Below, piece by piece: positions 63,071-64,000 of a DNA stretch of 64,000 nt. Position numbers and translations under genes: made by a program. How positions within the stretch are numbered: position 1 is the first letter of the stretch; each line of letters opens with the position of its first letter. The stretch is from the NCBI GenBank assembly GCA_965287045.1, contig OZ336872.1, positions 81,964,001-82,028,000 of the forward strand, given 5' to 3'. This DNA is from Carcharhinus amblyrhynchos. Its lineage: Eukaryota. The notes under the pieces are model-generated. The model was not told where the DNA came from, ran no database searches, and saw nothing but the letters and a program-made list of their open reading frames with translations.

Positions 63071-63908
63071 ATGATATTCAAATAGTGTTTGCTTTTTCAT
63101 GACTGACTTGAATATGGGAAAAATGTAAGTTTTCCAATGAAATTGATCTCAGTTTTGATAGTTTTCTAAATTACATTTCCCTTTCCTATAGATTTTAGCT
63201 GTTCTTAAATCACTGAGTTGGCCTGATATGAATGAGTAGAGACTGTTATGTACGGAGCTCCCACTGACAACTAGGTGCCAGTGCTGTAAATGGTGCAGCC
63301 TGCTAGCTTTTGATGGGTACTTTGAGAGGCTCACTGTGATACTTCCCAAGGCAGTGCTCTTACTGGTGGCAAATGCCAACTGGCATTTTCTTCAGAGATA
63401 AGTCAGCCAAATGCGCAGTCCATGCAGAGAAGCCAATGAAGTATTGGTCCAGTTACTGGGTTGCACAGACCTGCGTTAACAACTGGCAACAACCCAATCT
63501 TTGCTTGGTCCTGTCCCGCCCGCTACAATTCCCATGGCAGGTAGGACGGGAAAATTCTGAAGAGGATGTTTGATGCATTTGTGAGTGCTTAAGTGTGAAT
63601 GTGTATACCTTATTTTAAATGAAAGCTTGTAATGAAATGCTAACAGTGTAATATTTCATTCCACATAGTGCGGAGGTGTTCTGATACCATGCTCTATATC
63701 AAAAAAATTAGTTTTGAATTTACTCCAATTGATTTTTTTACATTACCGTACCTTGGGATCAACAAGCCAACAGCTAGAAATATCAATTGCAGGGTCAAGC
63801 ATAGAAAAAGTTTACATGCATTATTTCTTTTGCTACTTTTTGCTGTGAACGGCTTTTAATCAGGTAGATGTGACATAAGAATCACTGTTATAAAGATAGA
63901 AATACAGT

Positions 63909-64000
63909 GGGGCGAAATATACCAACCCGACTGCCCCAGGAATCGGAGCGGGCGAGGGGCGGACTACGGAAAGGCCCGTTGACTTTAACAGCATTTTCCA
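63909..64000. mobile_element. ~125 bp MITE family copy, cut by the window end
   Basis: GGGGCGAAAT...ggaatcggagcgggcgaggggcggac...aaaggcccgttgac, similar to 58017 and 41511. Confidence 0.6.

Noticed and set aside
1-64000. CRISPR arrays, operons or prokaryotic defence systems
   Set aside because: Vertebrate intronic DNA with no regularly spaced direct repeats or dense coding.

Overview
Eukaryotic, repeat-rich genomic DNA, almost certainly from a shark or other cartilaginous fish (HE1/V-SINE-type SINEs, shark-type CR1 LINEs, Penelope ends). The window lies inside one large minus-strand gene for an EphA-class ephrin receptor tyrosine kinase (closest to EphA4/EphA5 by eye). Four exons have GT-AG boundaries and join in frame: FN3-1 (45434-45769), FN3-2 N-half (38500-38612), FN3-2 C-half (37156-37318) and transmembrane (35598-35706). 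I found no cysteine-rich, juxtamembrane or kinase exons. The rest is intron filled with nested transposons: CR1 LINEs, a second CR1/L2-type LINE, about 18 V-SINEs, DeuSINE-like relics, Penelope fragments and hairpins, a decayed PIF/Harbinger transposase and many GC-rich TIR elements (MITEs). Most short ORFs in the track are spurious or TE-derived. I see no convincing new biological system. The best leads are the Harbinger/MITE family with variable 3-bp TSDs, Penelope foldback hairpins with hammerhead-like cores, a shortened FN3 linker, a possible kinase-less terminal exon and an LF-SINE-like relic. All family assignments come from recalled consensus sequences, not database searches, and TE boundaries are approximate.
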